The notes beneath the pieces are model-generated. The model was not told the origin of the DNA. It saw nothing but the letters and a program-made list of their open reading frames with translations, and searched no databases. Below, one piece after another: positions 38,814 through 49,279 of a DNA stretch of 64,000 bases. Each line of letters starts with the position of its first letter. Position 1 is the first letter of the stretch. This DNA comes from Poseidonia sp. (lineage in GTDB: Archaea; Thermoplasmatota; Poseidoniia; Poseidoniales; Poseidoniaceae): positions 1,041 through 65,040 of the forward strand of contig JAURAI010000009.1 of assembly GCA_030829545.1 (NCBI GenBank). The letters are read 5' to 3'. The position numbers and the translations under genes were made by a program.

Positions 38814-39803
38814 ATGGAACAAAGCACCATCAACCAGGCTTATGCGTATTGCGAAGCGGTTTGCAGAACAGCTTCAACAACGTTCTATTCATCGTTTTCA
38901 GCACTTTCACTGCAGAAGCGCAAGGCGGTTCATGCAGTCTATGCTCTTTGCCGCTGGGTTGACGATATTGTCGATGGAGATGAAGAACCAAGCATTCTTG
39001 AAACCAATGAACTTCGCCAAGAAACCGATGAACGCCAACAAGTGATCAATGAAATCCACGAAGGGAAAACCCCCTCCTTGCCTAAGGATGAACACCGTCG
39101 TCGCCTCATGGCCTTGGTAGACATTCGTTTGAAACTTCACCGGGCACATAGACAGGACATCAAGGAGGATGACCACCCGATTTTCATTGCCCTGCAAGAT
39201 GTTTTTACTCGGTATGCCATCAAACTCAGCGATTTTGAAACCGTCCTTGAAGGAATGGAAGATGATCTCTACCCGGTGAAAAATCGCACCTGGGATGAAT
39301 TGCGTTCTTACTGTTACAAAGTTGCATCAGCAGTGGGCCTCATCCTGATTGAAATCTACGGATATGAGGACCGTGCTGCCCGCCTGCACGCCATTGATTT
39401 GGGCATCCAAATGCAATTGATCAATGTCCTGCGCGACATTAACGAAGACATGGAACGTGGACGTGTCTACCTCCCTCTGGACATCCTCGCATCTCACGAT
39501 ATGACCCTTGAGCAACTACGGTCGCCTGGAATCGCTCAAACACCGGCATGGAGAGGATTCATCATTGAATATGTGGACATGATCAAGCGACATCAAGAAT
39601 CAGCGAATCACCTCTTCGGCTATCTCGATACTCGAGCACGCGTCCAGCCCGAAATTATGGCTGATGCTTACGCATCAATCCTGAGCGAAATCGTGCGACG
39701 CTCAGGCGATGTGTTCACCCAGCCTGTTCGCCTTTCATTCACACGCAAGGTCCTACTCGGAATTCGATTGAACCTTCGCAAAATCAAGGCACGCATGTTT
39801 TGA
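38814..39803 (+). CDS. crtB: phytoene/squalene synthase
   Basis: TFY, YALCRWVDDIVD, GM..DL, YCYKVAS.VG and LG..MQL.N.LRD..ED..RGRVYLP motifs. Confidence 0.9.
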   Translation: MEQSTINQAYAYCEAVCRTASTTFYSSFSALSLQKRKAVHAVYALCRWVDDIVDGDEEPSILETNELRQETDERQQVINEIHEGKTPSLPKDEHRRRLMALVDIRLKLHRAHRQDIKEDDHPIFIALQDVFTRYAIKLSDFETVLEGMEDDLYPVKNRTWDELRSYCYKVASAVGLILIEIYGYEDRAARLHAIDLGIQMQLINVLRDINEDMERGRVYLPLDILASHDMTLEQLRSPGIAQTPAWRGFIIEYVDMIKRHQESANHLFGYLDTRARVQPEIMADAYASILSEIVRRSGDVFTQPVRLSFTRKVLLGIRLNLRKIKARMF

Positions 39804-39838
39804 GAGAGACCCCAACACGGGCCTTGATCCACGATGGC

Positions 39839-41317
39839 TCAAAGCAATGCGTACAATTCACCGAAGTCGGCATAGAGAGACGGGCCATCTGCAAGATAGT
39901 AGACAGAACCTCTCCCGTCCCGTGAATCCTCAGCGGTTGCATTATCATTGGTCGCACAATCACCCGTGCAACCGTCAGCATAGGCCACGTAGACACGCCC
40001 TTCTCTGTCAATATGCAGGTCATTGAAATCCAAAAGGTTGCGATTTGAGCCTCCAATGTCACGGCAGTCGCCTGAATTAAGGCAAATTGAGCCAATTTGG
40101 ACCGGGTCGTCAGTCACCCGGTAGGTATGGAAGGTTGGATTGGCATCAAGGGCATTCAAACTGATGGTGATGTAGAGGTGGTAGGTTGCATTGTTGGGCG
40201 CATAGTGGGCATTTCCATCCCAAGGACTACCGTCAATATTCGATTGATTGAGCATTTCTGAATTCTCACTCCCCAAATAGGTAACTGCGATCCTTCCGGG
40301 GTCTCCTGCATCGGTTTGCGGGAATACGGATGAGATGACTTCTACAGGAGAAATTCGAATGCTTTCTTGTTCCCAAGTCTCACCGGAATCGGTCGACCTC
40401 GACATGTAGATTCCTTCATCACCACCCGTCCAGACATGATAGGCATTTGAGTCGGTATCCGTTGATATTTCTGAATTCTTACGAGGGTACGGCGTTCCTA
40501 CATCTTCTCCCATGGTTCGGTCAAACCACGTGAAGCCGTTGTCTTTGGAAACGATGACTGAGGGGGTTTCGACCCGAGGGGTGACGTACACGGTTCCGTC
40601 TGCTGCGGTTGAAATCGCTCCGTGGAGACCGCCGTTAGTGGTAGCAAGGCCAACAATCTGCCCGCCGGCTTCGAAGCTTGCACCTCCGTCAAAACTGGTG
40701 AAGCAAAAGATTCCAGCAAGTTTGTTGTAGCAATAATACACGGCTGTTTCATAGATTGTACTTCCTGTAATTTGGCCCAAAGCCCCGTATCCAGCCGTCG
40801 TCCACGGACCACTGGCCAACTTGATGTGGTCGTTGATGGGAGTTGTTCCTGAATCGTGAGGATTCCCAAGCCATGTCTCGCCGTCATCATCGCTCCAGCA
40901 AATCCATGATGTTTCGAGGCCGATCATTTGGACGCCAAAGACACGATCGGTGATCGGGTCAACCCAACCGTAGGGGTCGCTTGTGGTAGGCGAACACATC
41001 ACGGGGTCTTGGGATTCAATCCAAGACTCACCGTAGTCGCACGAGCGCATCACCTTCTCCATAGCGATGAAGAAAATACAACCGCTCGAAGTGATGCCTA
41101 TGCTCGGTTCTTTGCCTGTTTCACCGACATCACTGAATTGGAATGAGATGTTCATTGGAGATTCGCCAATGGATGCTCCGGTCTTATCGGTAACGAAGAT
41201 TCGAGGGTTCTCAACCTCTCTTTCTTCAGGCATGGATACCGGCTCAGGTTCAGCAAAGCACCCGGACAGGGAGAGTGAGGCAACCATGAGGGTGAGAAGC
41301 AGAGCGCGGCCTTGCAT
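39839..41317 (-). CDS. lipoprotein with BNR/Asp-box (sialidase-like beta-propeller) repeats
   Basis: LSGC lipobox; Asp-boxes SCDYGESW, SDDDGETW, SFDGGASF, SKDNGFTW and STDSGETW; start moved to MQGRALL. Confidence 0.82.
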   Translation of the reverse strand: MQGRALLLTLMVASLSLSGCFAEPEPVSMPEEREVENPRIFVTDKTGASIGESPMNISFQFSDVGETGKEPSIGITSSGCIFFIAMEKVMRSCDYGESWIESQDPVMCSPTTSDPYGWVDPITDRVFGVQMIGLETSWICWSDDDGETWLGNPHDSGTTPINDHIKLASGPWTTAGYGALGQITGSTIYETAVYYCYNKLAGIFCFTSFDGGASFEAGGQIVGLATTNGGLHGAISTAADGTVYVTPRVETPSVIVSKDNGFTWFDRTMGEDVGTPYPRKNSEISTDTDSNAYHVWTGGDEGIYMSRSTDSGETWEQESIRISPVEVISSVFPQTDAGDPGRIAVTYLGSENSEMLNQSNIDGSPWDGNAHYAPNNATYHLYITISLNALDANPTFHTYRVTDDPVQIGSICLNSGDCRDIGGSNRNLLDFNDLHIDREGRVYVAYADGCTGDCATNDNATAEDSRDGRGSVYYLADGPSLYADFGELYALL

Positions 41318-41319
41318 GC

Positions 41320-41335
41320 CTGACCGAACGGTCAG
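41320..41335. promoter_or_regulatory. palindromic operator immediately upstream of the BNR lipoprotein
   Basis: CTGACCG-AA-CGGTCAG, ending 3 nt before the start codon. Confidence 0.55.
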
Positions 41336-41381
41336 TCCAATAATGACCTTCCGCTTGGCAATGATGAAGATGCTTTTGAGT

Positions 41382-42650
41382 TTAGGAATCAGCAGCGTCA
41401 ACATAGATACGTTCGTACGCCTCTGCATTGTGCTCGTAGGTGTATTGATTCAAAACGCGCTCACGACCTCGGGCCGCCTGTTCACGACGCTCTTTAGGTC
41501 GGTCAAGAGATTCGATGACGGCACGAGCCAAATCCTCTGAATCGCCACAGGCAAACAGGCCTCCTACTGTTTCGTCGATCATTTCTGTAAGCGGTGCTTG
41601 GTCAACGGTCACCACAGGCGTCCCGCTGGCCAAAGCCTCGAGCGGGATAAGTCCCTGCCCTTCGTAATAGGACGGGTAAACCACAAGATCTGCACTTCGG
41701 AAATGGAGTGCAAGGTCTTCAAAACTCATGCCACCTTTGATCACAACAGCGTCCGCGATACCCATTCGTTTGGCCTGTCGCATCAGGGTCTTGCGCATGT
41801 GACCTCGGCCGATGATCACCAATTTTGCTCCGGGATGGGCTTTGAGAATGCTTGGCATGGAACGAAGCAGTGTTCGGTGGCCTTTCCTCGCGACCAATCG
41901 GCCAACGGCCAACAGAAGTGGCGTGGAGGTGTCCGGTTCACCCATGAGGGCAGCATCATCGGCTGCATCGTAGGTTTTCCTTACTTCTTCGTAGGCTAAT
42001 TGATCCTCTTCATGGTCGTGATTCACAGGGCGGAACACCTTGTGGTCTACTCCGTAGAGAACGGTTTCACACCACCAATCTTCAGGTGGTAGATACCATC
42101 GTTGAAATTCTTCTTTGGTCGACTCAGAAATAGCAACGCACACCGATGTAGTCTCAATGGCAGCCTGCTCGTAACGAGCATACCATCCACCTGTGAGGAG
42201 GATAGCGAGATCATTGGGGTTCTTCCAGGTCGCCGCCTCTTTGTGACGGGCTGCGAGTTTCATGCCTTCTCGTTCGCCAACCCAGCTACCGTTGAGGGCG
42301 GAGACGACCGGAGCAACGTTCTGCTCAACCCAACGAAATTCTTTCTTTGTCCAACTCACCAAGGGAAGCAGGGCGTGAACGACGTCAACTGGTTTTACTT
42401 GATGAAGACGGCGTAATTCTGTTAGTGCATGCTTCCCATAGGAGCGAGTGAACGCCATCGGAGCCTTTAGCCAGGGTACCTGTAATACGCTGACACCGGG
42501 TTGCTGAGGCGTCCGTTGCTTGTGACTACGAGTGATGATGGTGACATCGTGACCTCGTTGTGCGAGGTAGCCAGCCAAATGGTAGACTACCGAGCCAATT
42601 CCACCCCAGCGAGGTGGATATTCGCCTGAGACCATGGCGATGTGCATCAT
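41382..42650 (-). CDS. GT4-family glycosyltransferase
   Basis: EYPP..GG, VGRL..RKG and PS.YEG.GL..LEALASG.PV motifs. Confidence 0.9.
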   Translation of the reverse strand: MMHIAMVSGEYPPRWGGIGSVVYHLAGYLAQRGHDVTIITRSHKQRTPQQPGVSVLQVPWLKAPMAFTRSYGKHALTELRRLHQVKPVDVVHALLPLVSWTKKEFRWVEQNVAPVVSALNGSWVGEREGMKLAARHKEAATWKNPNDLAILLTGGWYARYEQAAIETTSVCVAISESTKEEFQRWYLPPEDWWCETVLYGVDHKVFRPVNHDHEEDQLAYEEVRKTYDAADDAALMGEPDTSTPLLLAVGRLVARKGHRTLLRSMPSILKAHPGAKLVIIGRGHMRKTLMRQAKRMGIADAVVIKGGMSFEDLALHFRSADLVVYPSYYEGQGLIPLEALASGTPVVTVDQAPLTEMIDETVGGLFACGDSEDLARAVIESLDRPKERREQAARGRERVLNQYTYEHNAEAYERIYVDAADS

Positions 42651-42753
42651 GTTGACCAAGGTGAGACACCATTTGAATGTCATTGATTCAGGGCCTATAT
42701 CTACGCACGCTTTGAGCCAAACCTTTGAAGGTCAATCATCGGTTCGCCTCATC

Positions 42754-43527
42754 ATGGGCGATGTGTTACCCGTAACCGTGACGGTCATCCTTCCTACACG
42801 AAACGAGGAAGAGGCCCTTGGGCCAACCATTGATGCCATCCCGCGAGGATGGTGTAAAGACCTTGAAATTATGATCGTCGACGGTAACTCCTCAGACAGA
42901 ACTCGGGAGATTGCTCTTGAGAAAGGAATACGAGTTCACCTCGAAGACCGCAAGGGCTACGGACGTGCATACCGAACAGGTTTTGACGTCGCTAAAAACG
43001 ACATTATTGTCACCATGGATGCAGACTGCACCTATCCTGCTGAACTTGTTCCCGACCTCGTCAAGCGCCTGATTGACGATGATTTGGAATTCATCACCTG
43101 TGATCGCCTTTCACTGGCAGAAGACGGTTCGATGTCAGGGCTTCACGGTTTTGGCAACTGGATGCTTTCTTTTACCGCCCGCTTGCTCTTTGGCTACGGG
43201 GTCAAGGATTCTCAATCTGGCATGTGGGTGTTCAATAAATCCATTTTTGATGATGAAAAGATGCGCCCTACCAACGATGGTATGCCGCTCAGTGAGGAAA
43301 TGAAAATCCTTGCACGTCGCACCCTTGGAAAGCAAAAAGCCGTTGAAATTTCAGTCCCGTATCGGCCTCGTGTCGGCGAGGCTGAAATCCATACATGGGG
43401 AGATGGATGGAAGAATCTGAAATTCCTCTTCGCCCGCCGCCTTCGACTCCATAAGACCCTGACTCCATGGGGTGGCCGAGATACCAATCCCGATTCAACG
43501 AAGGGCGACCTTCCTGAACAAGCGTGA
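42754..43527 (+). CDS. GT2-family glycosyltransferase (DPM1/AglD-like)
   Basis: ILPT.NEE, VDGNSSDRT, KGYG.A, MDADCTYP, DSQSG and YRPRVGE motifs. Confidence 0.9.
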   Translation: MGDVLPVTVTVILPTRNEEEALGPTIDAIPRGWCKDLEIMIVDGNSSDRTREIALEKGIRVHLEDRKGYGRAYRTGFDVAKNDIIVTMDADCTYPAELVPDLVKRLIDDDLEFITCDRLSLAEDGSMSGLHGFGNWMLSFTARLLFGYGVKDSQSGMWVFNKSIFDDEKMRPTNDGMPLSEEMKILARRTLGKQKAVEISVPYRPRVGEAEIHTWGDGWKNLKFLFARRLRLHKTLTPWGGRDTNPDSTKGDLPEQA

Positions 43528-44174
43528 GACGATTGGCGATGACAAATTGGCATGAACGCTGGATGAGCCAGCAAACAGGTTGGCATAGAGCCGTTTACAA
43601 CGACCTCTTGCTCAAGCACTGGCCGACCGTCCAGGCTGCTGAATCAAGCAATGTTCTCGTACCTCTATGTGGTAAAAGCCTTGACATGGAATGGTTGGCA
43701 CAACAAGGACATACTGTGACTGGATTGGAACTTGTGAGTCGACCTATCAAAGATTTTTTTGAAGAACGTGGACTGACGCCTCAGCAACAGGAAATTGGTA
43801 AACTGGTTCGCTATTCAAGTGCACCTTTTGTCATGATACAAGGGGATTTATTCGACGTGCAACCCTCATTGGTCCAAGCCGATGCTTGGTACGACCGCGC
43901 AGCCATGGTTGCCTTACCGTCTGCGATGCGAGAGGCGTACGTTGACCAACTTCGAGCGCTTACAATGCCAGGAGCAGTTGGGTTGTTGATCACCTTCTCC
44001 TACCCTCAACACGAAATGGGAGGCCCCCCGTTCTCGCTGCCAGATGAGGAGGTCGCTGCCTTGTTTTCACAGCACTTTGAACTTCAATGCCTTGAGCAAA
44101 TCACGCTTGACGATGAGCGAGACCGTGGCTTTTCATCTTCGTACTCTTCGGTCTACAAGCTCATTCGACGCTGA
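43524..44174 (+). CDS. tpm: thiopurine S-methyltransferase family protein
   Basis: W..RW...TGWH, VLVPLCGKSLDM.WLA, YDRAA.VALP and GPPFS motifs. Confidence 0.9.
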   Translation: MRRLAMTNWHERWMSQQTGWHRAVYNDLLLKHWPTVQAAESSNVLVPLCGKSLDMEWLAQQGHTVTGLELVSRPIKDFFEERGLTPQQQEIGKLVRYSSAPFVMIQGDLFDVQPSLVQADAWYDRAAMVALPSAMREAYVDQLRALTMPGAVGLLITFSYPQHEMGGPPFSLPDEEVAALFSQHFELQCLEQITLDDERDRGFSSSYSSVYKLIRR

Positions 44175-44192
44175 GTCCCTCGGAATGATGAA

Positions 44193-47100
44193 TCAGTCCA
44201 ATTCCTCAAGCGTTGCTTGAACTTCTTCAGTTCCATCCATGATGTTCTCTTCAAGCGACGGAACGTCCTTTCCATCAGTCTTTGCATCGCTTGCGGGGGC
44301 TCTGAAGGCGTCCCATGAGGTCAACAAATCAATGTCCTCAATGGCCCGCTTTCGACGAGCGAGAACGAAGGCAAGCAAGGCAACAAATGCTACCAAACCA
44401 GCAATTGATGCGCCAAGAATCAACGCACGTTGGTCGGTTTCTTTCGCCTCTACGACCAGACTGCGGGTTACTACATCGACGTTGGCTGTTTCCCCTTGTC
44501 CATCTTTGGCGATGATTTTCAAACTCGGCCGACCGGTGCTTTCGGGTCGCCATTCAAGAACGCCTTCCCAAATACCATCACCGTCTTCGTCAGTGAGATT
44601 GACCTCCCACTGCTGGATGTTGAGTGTCAAGTTTGCACGAACATCTTGCGTGGTGCCGTCAGCGTCATCGAGCCGAATGCTGATGGTTAAACGATGCAAT
44701 TCATCTTGGGTAAAGGTCGTCCCACTCAAACTGAGAGAATCACGGTCCAGCGATGGTAAACTGGATTGAATCGTGATGTTGATGTGTTCTTCCGCCCATT
44801 TTCCTCGTGCGTCTTCAACATAAAGAGAAAGATGGTATTCGCCAGGTGCAAAACCTGATAATTCCTCGATGGAACTCGTCGAGAGTACTTCGGGGAAGCT
44901 CGTTTGCGGTGACCACATTCGCCATTCACGAACGGTGAGGTCATTGTCAGCATCGAAGGAAGCTTCCTCCAATCGCAGCACGCCACCCGGTTCGATCGAG
45001 GCCCTGTTCTCAGGGGAAATCAACACGAGAGTGGGCTCGGATTCAACCACGGTCAGGACGAAGGTTTCATCACGAGAATCCCCATTCTCATCCGTTAAGG
45101 TCACTGTGAGCGTGTGTTGGCCCGCTTTGAGGTTGAAGGCGTGAGAATTGAACGGGTCAACATCGACGAGAAGAGGCTCGGTGTGAAGTGAAGAGCGGAG
45201 GGTGACTGTGAAGGCATCATCGTCGTAGTCCACGCTTTGCGAGGCATCGAACATCAAGGTCTGGGAGGAGAGTGATTGACTGCCGTTGAGGGGACTGACC
45301 AAACCCAGGACTGGGGCAGACGCGATGATGGTCACCGCCCGTTGTGCGAGGACGGGCTCGTGAATGCCGTCGTCTACGCTGAGGGTGATGGTGTGGGTAC
45401 CTGCACTCAAGCGCTCCTCAAAGAGCAACCAGTCTTGGCCTTCAGGTGTCAATCGGCCGTCCAAATCACTGGTCCATGTCACGACGAGATATTCTGTTCC
45501 TCCCGACGGTTCAAAGGGTGCACACACCCAATCACCATCGGTCGGGAAGGAGCTGCAAGCGGCATCAAAGTCGCCCGAGCCATTGGCAGAGAAGGAGATC
45601 AACTCTGCGCTCTCAAAGGTTTGAGACAGCGGGGTGTCAATGACCGCATGGGGGACAGAATTGTCCACCGTGATGAGTACGGAAGTGGACTTTGATTGGT
45701 TCGCATGTTCGGCACGGTCGTCGGTTACTTCCATCGTGATGGTGTGAACACCTCGAGAGAGGTAACCCTCCCACGATAAGGGGCCGAGACTCAACACACC
45801 GTCGAGCGACGAGGTATACGTGACGGTCAGCCCGTCGCCTTCTGGGTCAGTCACTCCGCTCCCGTTCAGCAATACACTGGAAGCGCTGTCGTTGCTGGCA
45901 CGCTCAACGGTAAAAACAGGGTCGGGAATTTCGTTGTAGAGCATCACGGGTACGGTGTACGATGCGTTGTTACCAACGTCGTCCCAAGCTAATACGGTCA
46001 TGGTGAAGGAAGCGGGAGGATCATCGTCCACATGGTCGAAGGTGTAGGTGAGTTCCTCGGGACATCCCCACACGTTACCCCAGCCCGAACCTTGGCGGTT
46101 GTAGCCTCTAAAGGTGATGAGACAGGCAAAATCATCACCTTCAGGATCGTAGGTGCCCGTGGTGTTGACGGTAACCGTGCCCGTTTGCGGCATGATGAGT
46201 TCGCTCCACGGGTTGAGAGCAGGTTCGAAATCAACAACCAGCACGGGTGCAAAATTGACCAGTTCAATGGTACGAGTTTCTGAAACACAATGGCTCGGAT
46301 CACAAATTTCCAGTGTGATTTGATGGATGCCGTCGCTGAGCACGATGCCCGAGCCAAGGTCGTTGACGACAAAGAGGTCGGTTTGGGTGGCAAAGACACC
46401 GTCAATGGAGGACGACCATTCGAAAGTCAACACGTCGTTATCGAGGTCCCAAGAATCCGAGGCGTTGAATTCGACCTCTGACTGTGAGGGGAAAATACTC
46501 CCGTCTTCGGGCGTGGTCCAGTGAATGAACGGCGCTTGGTTGTCCAACGGCAGGAGGCAATACACTACGCGGTCCTGGTCAAGCACGGTCGAGGTCGAGT
46601 TGGATTGGCTGTCATAGCCGCAAGAACTGGTGACGGTATTGTAGGATGTGGGACCGCTTGAAGTCCAACGTTGCCCGATAAAGTCCGGAAGAAGAACGTA
46701 GCCGAGGTCGTTGGTATACAATTGAAGTGCAGGCTCAAAATCGGTGAATGACACGTTAATACTGGCCATCGGAATTCCATTGGAGAAATTATTCACGGCC
46801 CAAACCGTCAAGTCCCAGGCCACATCAATGGTGGCTCCTGATGCCAGGGATGCTCCGGCAACATCGATGGCTTGAGGCTGGTGAAGATGGAGGTTCGAGG
46901 TAGCATCGAGGGTAAGGAGGTGAGGCGAGGCGGTTTGACCGTCTGCGTCCTGAAGATTTGACCAGTTGACCTGGCTGTTTTCAAACTCAAGGTTGCCCGT
47001 ACAACTTGAGGCGATGGTATTGCCGGTACCGTTCAAATCAGGATGGTCGACCAGATGGAGACAGTGTGTTCCTGAGAAGGTGCTGTGCGAAAGGGTTGAG

Positions 47101-48941
47101 GGGAAATTACCGTTGTTCTCGCCCTGCCAAATGAATCCTGTATTGTTTCCGAAGGTGGCCAGACCGGTGATGCTTGCTGCGGTTCGCTTCAACTCAACAG
47201 CGGGTTGTGTTGGGCTTTCGCTTGTAATGCTTGCTTGAGCGATGGTCACGCGCCCCAATGCACCCGCTGGCATGGTATCGGTGTTGTCAATTTCGAGTGC
47301 TGGCACATCACCGCTGTTCTGCTCCAAGGTGATGTTCTCCAACCAAAGGTCCACAGAGTTGACTGCAAGAATGCCAGCGCCTGTTGAGCCTGTTACGAGG
47401 CAGTTGCGACAGCGGACATCGGCCGAACCAGATTCAATGTCGTTTGAATCTTCATAATACAACCCAGCCTGATTTTGAGCGAGAGGGTTGCTGGAGGCGA
47501 CCCCGCCATTGTTGTGGGCACTGAGGTTCTCAAACGTCACATACCGTGCATCCCAAACCTGAGCGCCGGATTGCTGATTGTTGGAGAGGTTCATTCCGTT
47601 GACGACCACGGTTGCCCTGTCAATGTAGAGACCGTGTTCCGTGTTGTTGTGAAGGCTCCAGTCTGAGCCTTGCATGGCACCGCCGGAAGTGGAAGAAATA
47701 CCAGGGCCTACCGAGCCGCTGATTTCGACTCCCTCAAGGCGCGGAGCAAAGAAGGATGAGCGTATCGCCAATCCAGCTTCATGAGGCCCCTGACCTGGAT
47801 CGCCTGAATTGCGTATGGTCAAATTTCGGAACGTCGTCGTGTCATCTACAAAATACAAGCGAACACCAACGGTGGTTGAGTCTTCAATCAACGTATCATC
47901 AAACCACGCACCTGTGGCGTTGACTTCAAGCGCTGCATAGCCAATATTCGCAGTTTTAGCACCCGAAGCCCCCGTACCGGTAATGGTCAAATTTGTGAAG
48001 TCAGCTGTTTCATAATTGGTGTAATTCGTATGGTTGTTCTTGTCCACATATACGCCTCTGTACATCGAATTGCTGATCGAGGCATGACGAATGACTGCGT
48101 GGGTATATCCTCCATCGTCGATGTGACGAACCACTATTCCTGTGTCGGATTTATCAATACTGATGTTGGTCAGAAGAGGTTGACTGTCTTCAACCCAAAT
48201 CCCTGCGACCATGGCATACGTGGACCCCGAACAATTGTCCACCGTAATTCCTTGAATCAAACCACCTGAGCCTCCCCAAATATTGACGGCACGCGTAAGA
48301 ATATCGGAAAAGACTGCACGGGTCACAATGGGGGTGGAACCCGCACCAATCGAGAGGCCAATACCGTAACGCCAATCACCTTGGAAAGGCAAATCGCGCC
48401 CTGCCTGATTGACATACAAGTCGGTAATACGCGGTGCTGCATTGTTGAACATATCAACGGCAACACGGTCAGGATTCACAACGGTCAGGTTCTCAACAAC
48501 TGGGTTTGAGCCGTAAATGGTTATCCCGTAAAGTGAGTCGGTGATGGTGAGGTTCTGCAGAACGGAACCACGCCCGTTTGAAGATGAGTTGAATTGGATA
48601 CCTTCGTGGTCCTGCAGACCGCTCGCTTCAAGCGTGACGGGGCAGGTTTGGGTACCCAAAACTGTCAGCCGTCCTTCAACGATGATGCGGGCTGCTCCTG
48701 ACATTTGGACTACGGTACAGGACTGAATGATCAATTCATCCGAGATCGCCACCGTATAGGTAGAAGAGAGCGATTGTGTTCCCGACCACGTCGTTTGTGC
48801 GCGACCGGATGCTTCCAGGATGGTATCTGTGGATTCTTCAAAGCTTTCTACATGGACGGGAATAAATGCCTGAAGCATTGGAAGAATGAAAAATGAAACG
48901 GCGAGAATAGCAGCCCATCGGGAGGATTGGTACCGGTTCAT
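44193..48941 (-). CDS. 1582-aa surface protein with right-handed beta-helix, PKD/Ig-like repeats and C-terminal TM
   Basis: Signal peptide; beta-helix-like repeats; ~5 repeats of F.AS.S.D.D.D.L...W.S.LDG...L..G.H.ITL; TM followed by RRKR. Confidence 0.82.
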   Translation of the reverse strand: MNRYQSSRWAAILAVSFFILPMLQAFIPVHVESFEESTDTILEASGRAQTTWSGTQSLSSTYTVAISDELIIQSCTVVQMSGAARIIVEGRLTVLGTQTCPVTLEASGLQDHEGIQFNSSSNGRGSVLQNLTITDSLYGITIYGSNPVVENLTVVNPDRVAVDMFNNAAPRITDLYVNQAGRDLPFQGDWRYGIGLSIGAGSTPIVTRAVFSDILTRAVNIWGGSGGLIQGITVDNCSGSTYAMVAGIWVEDSQPLLTNISIDKSDTGIVVRHIDDGGYTHAVIRHASISNSMYRGVYVDKNNHTNYTNYETADFTNLTITGTGASGAKTANIGYAALEVNATGAWFDDTLIEDSTTVGVRLYFVDDTTTFRNLTIRNSGDPGQGPHEAGLAIRSSFFAPRLEGVEISGSVGPGISSTSGGAMQGSDWSLHNNTEHGLYIDRATVVVNGMNLSNNQQSGAQVWDARYVTFENLSAHNNGGVASSNPLAQNQAGLYYEDSNDIESGSADVRCRNCLVTGSTGAGILAVNSVDLWLENITLEQNSGDVPALEIDNTDTMPAGALGRVTIAQASITSESPTQPAVELKRTAASITGLATFGNNTGFIWQGENNGNFPSTLSHSTFSGTHCLHLVDHPDLNGTGNTIASSCTGNLEFENSQVNWSNLQDADGQTASPHLLTLDATSNLHLHQPQAIDVAGASLASGATIDVAWDLTVWAVNNFSNGIPMASINVSFTDFEPALQLYTNDLGYVLLPDFIGQRWTSSGPTSYNTVTSSCGYDSQSNSTSTVLDQDRVVYCLLPLDNQAPFIHWTTPEDGSIFPSQSEVEFNASDSWDLDNDVLTFEWSSSIDGVFATQTDLFVVNDLGSGIVLSDGIHQITLEICDPSHCVSETRTIELVNFAPVLVVDFEPALNPWSELIMPQTGTVTVNTTGTYDPEGDDFACLITFRGYNRQGSGWGNVWGCPEELTYTFDHVDDDPPASFTMTVLAWDDVGNNASYTVPVMLYNEIPDPVFTVERASNDSASSVLLNGSGVTDPEGDGLTVTYTSSLDGVLSLGPLSWEGYLSRGVHTITMEVTDDRAEHANQSKSTSVLITVDNSVPHAVIDTPLSQTFESAELISFSANGSGDFDAACSSFPTDGDWVCAPFEPSGGTEYLVVTWTSDLDGRLTPEGQDWLLFEERLSAGTHTITLSVDDGIHEPVLAQRAVTIIASAPVLGLVSPLNGSQSLSSQTLMFDASQSVDYDDDAFTVTLRSSLHTEPLLVDVDPFNSHAFNLKAGQHTLTVTLTDENGDSRDETFVLTVVESEPTLVLISPENRASIEPGGVLRLEEASFDADNDLTVREWRMWSPQTSFPEVLSTSSIEELSGFAPGEYHLSLYVEDARGKWAEEHINITIQSSLPSLDRDSLSLSGTTFTQDELHRLTISIRLDDADGTTQDVRANLTLNIQQWEVNLTDEDGDGIWEGVLEWRPESTGRPSLKIIAKDGQGETANVDVVTRSLVVEAKETDQRALILGASIAGLVAFVALLAFVLARRKRAIEDIDLLTSWDAFRAPASDAKTDGKDVPSLEENIMDGTEEVQATLEELD

Positions 48942-49042
48942 GCTCTGCTACCCGTCCTTGTCACACTTCAAGCATTCCCTCCCGTGTGATGCCGTCCCTC
49001 GCATGGAGGAAGCCATAAAACCCGAGTAGGCATAGGGAAATC

Positions 49043-49279
49043 ATGCCTGAAGCATTCGTTTTGTTCAAGACTGAACCCACCCATGAGCGAGAAGTTTACT
49101 TGACGCTCAGTGGACACCCAGATGTGGGTGAAGTACACGCCCTCTACGGCGAATTTGACCTTCTTGTACGCATATCTTCACAGGATTCAAAAGGCCTTTC
49201 GGGATTGTTAATGAATACCTTTCGTCAAATTCCCGGTGTCAAAGAAACCCAGACCTTGATCGCAGTGGGGGGTGAATGA
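49043..49279 (+). CDS. stand-alone Lrp/AsnC ligand-binding (RAM) domain protein
   Basis: AFVL.K, LYGEFDLL.R and IPGV.ET.TLI motifs. Confidence 0.88.
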   Translation: MPEAFVLFKTEPTHEREVYLTLSGHPDVGEVHALYGEFDLLVRISSQDSKGLSGLLMNTFRQIPGVKETQTLIAVGGE

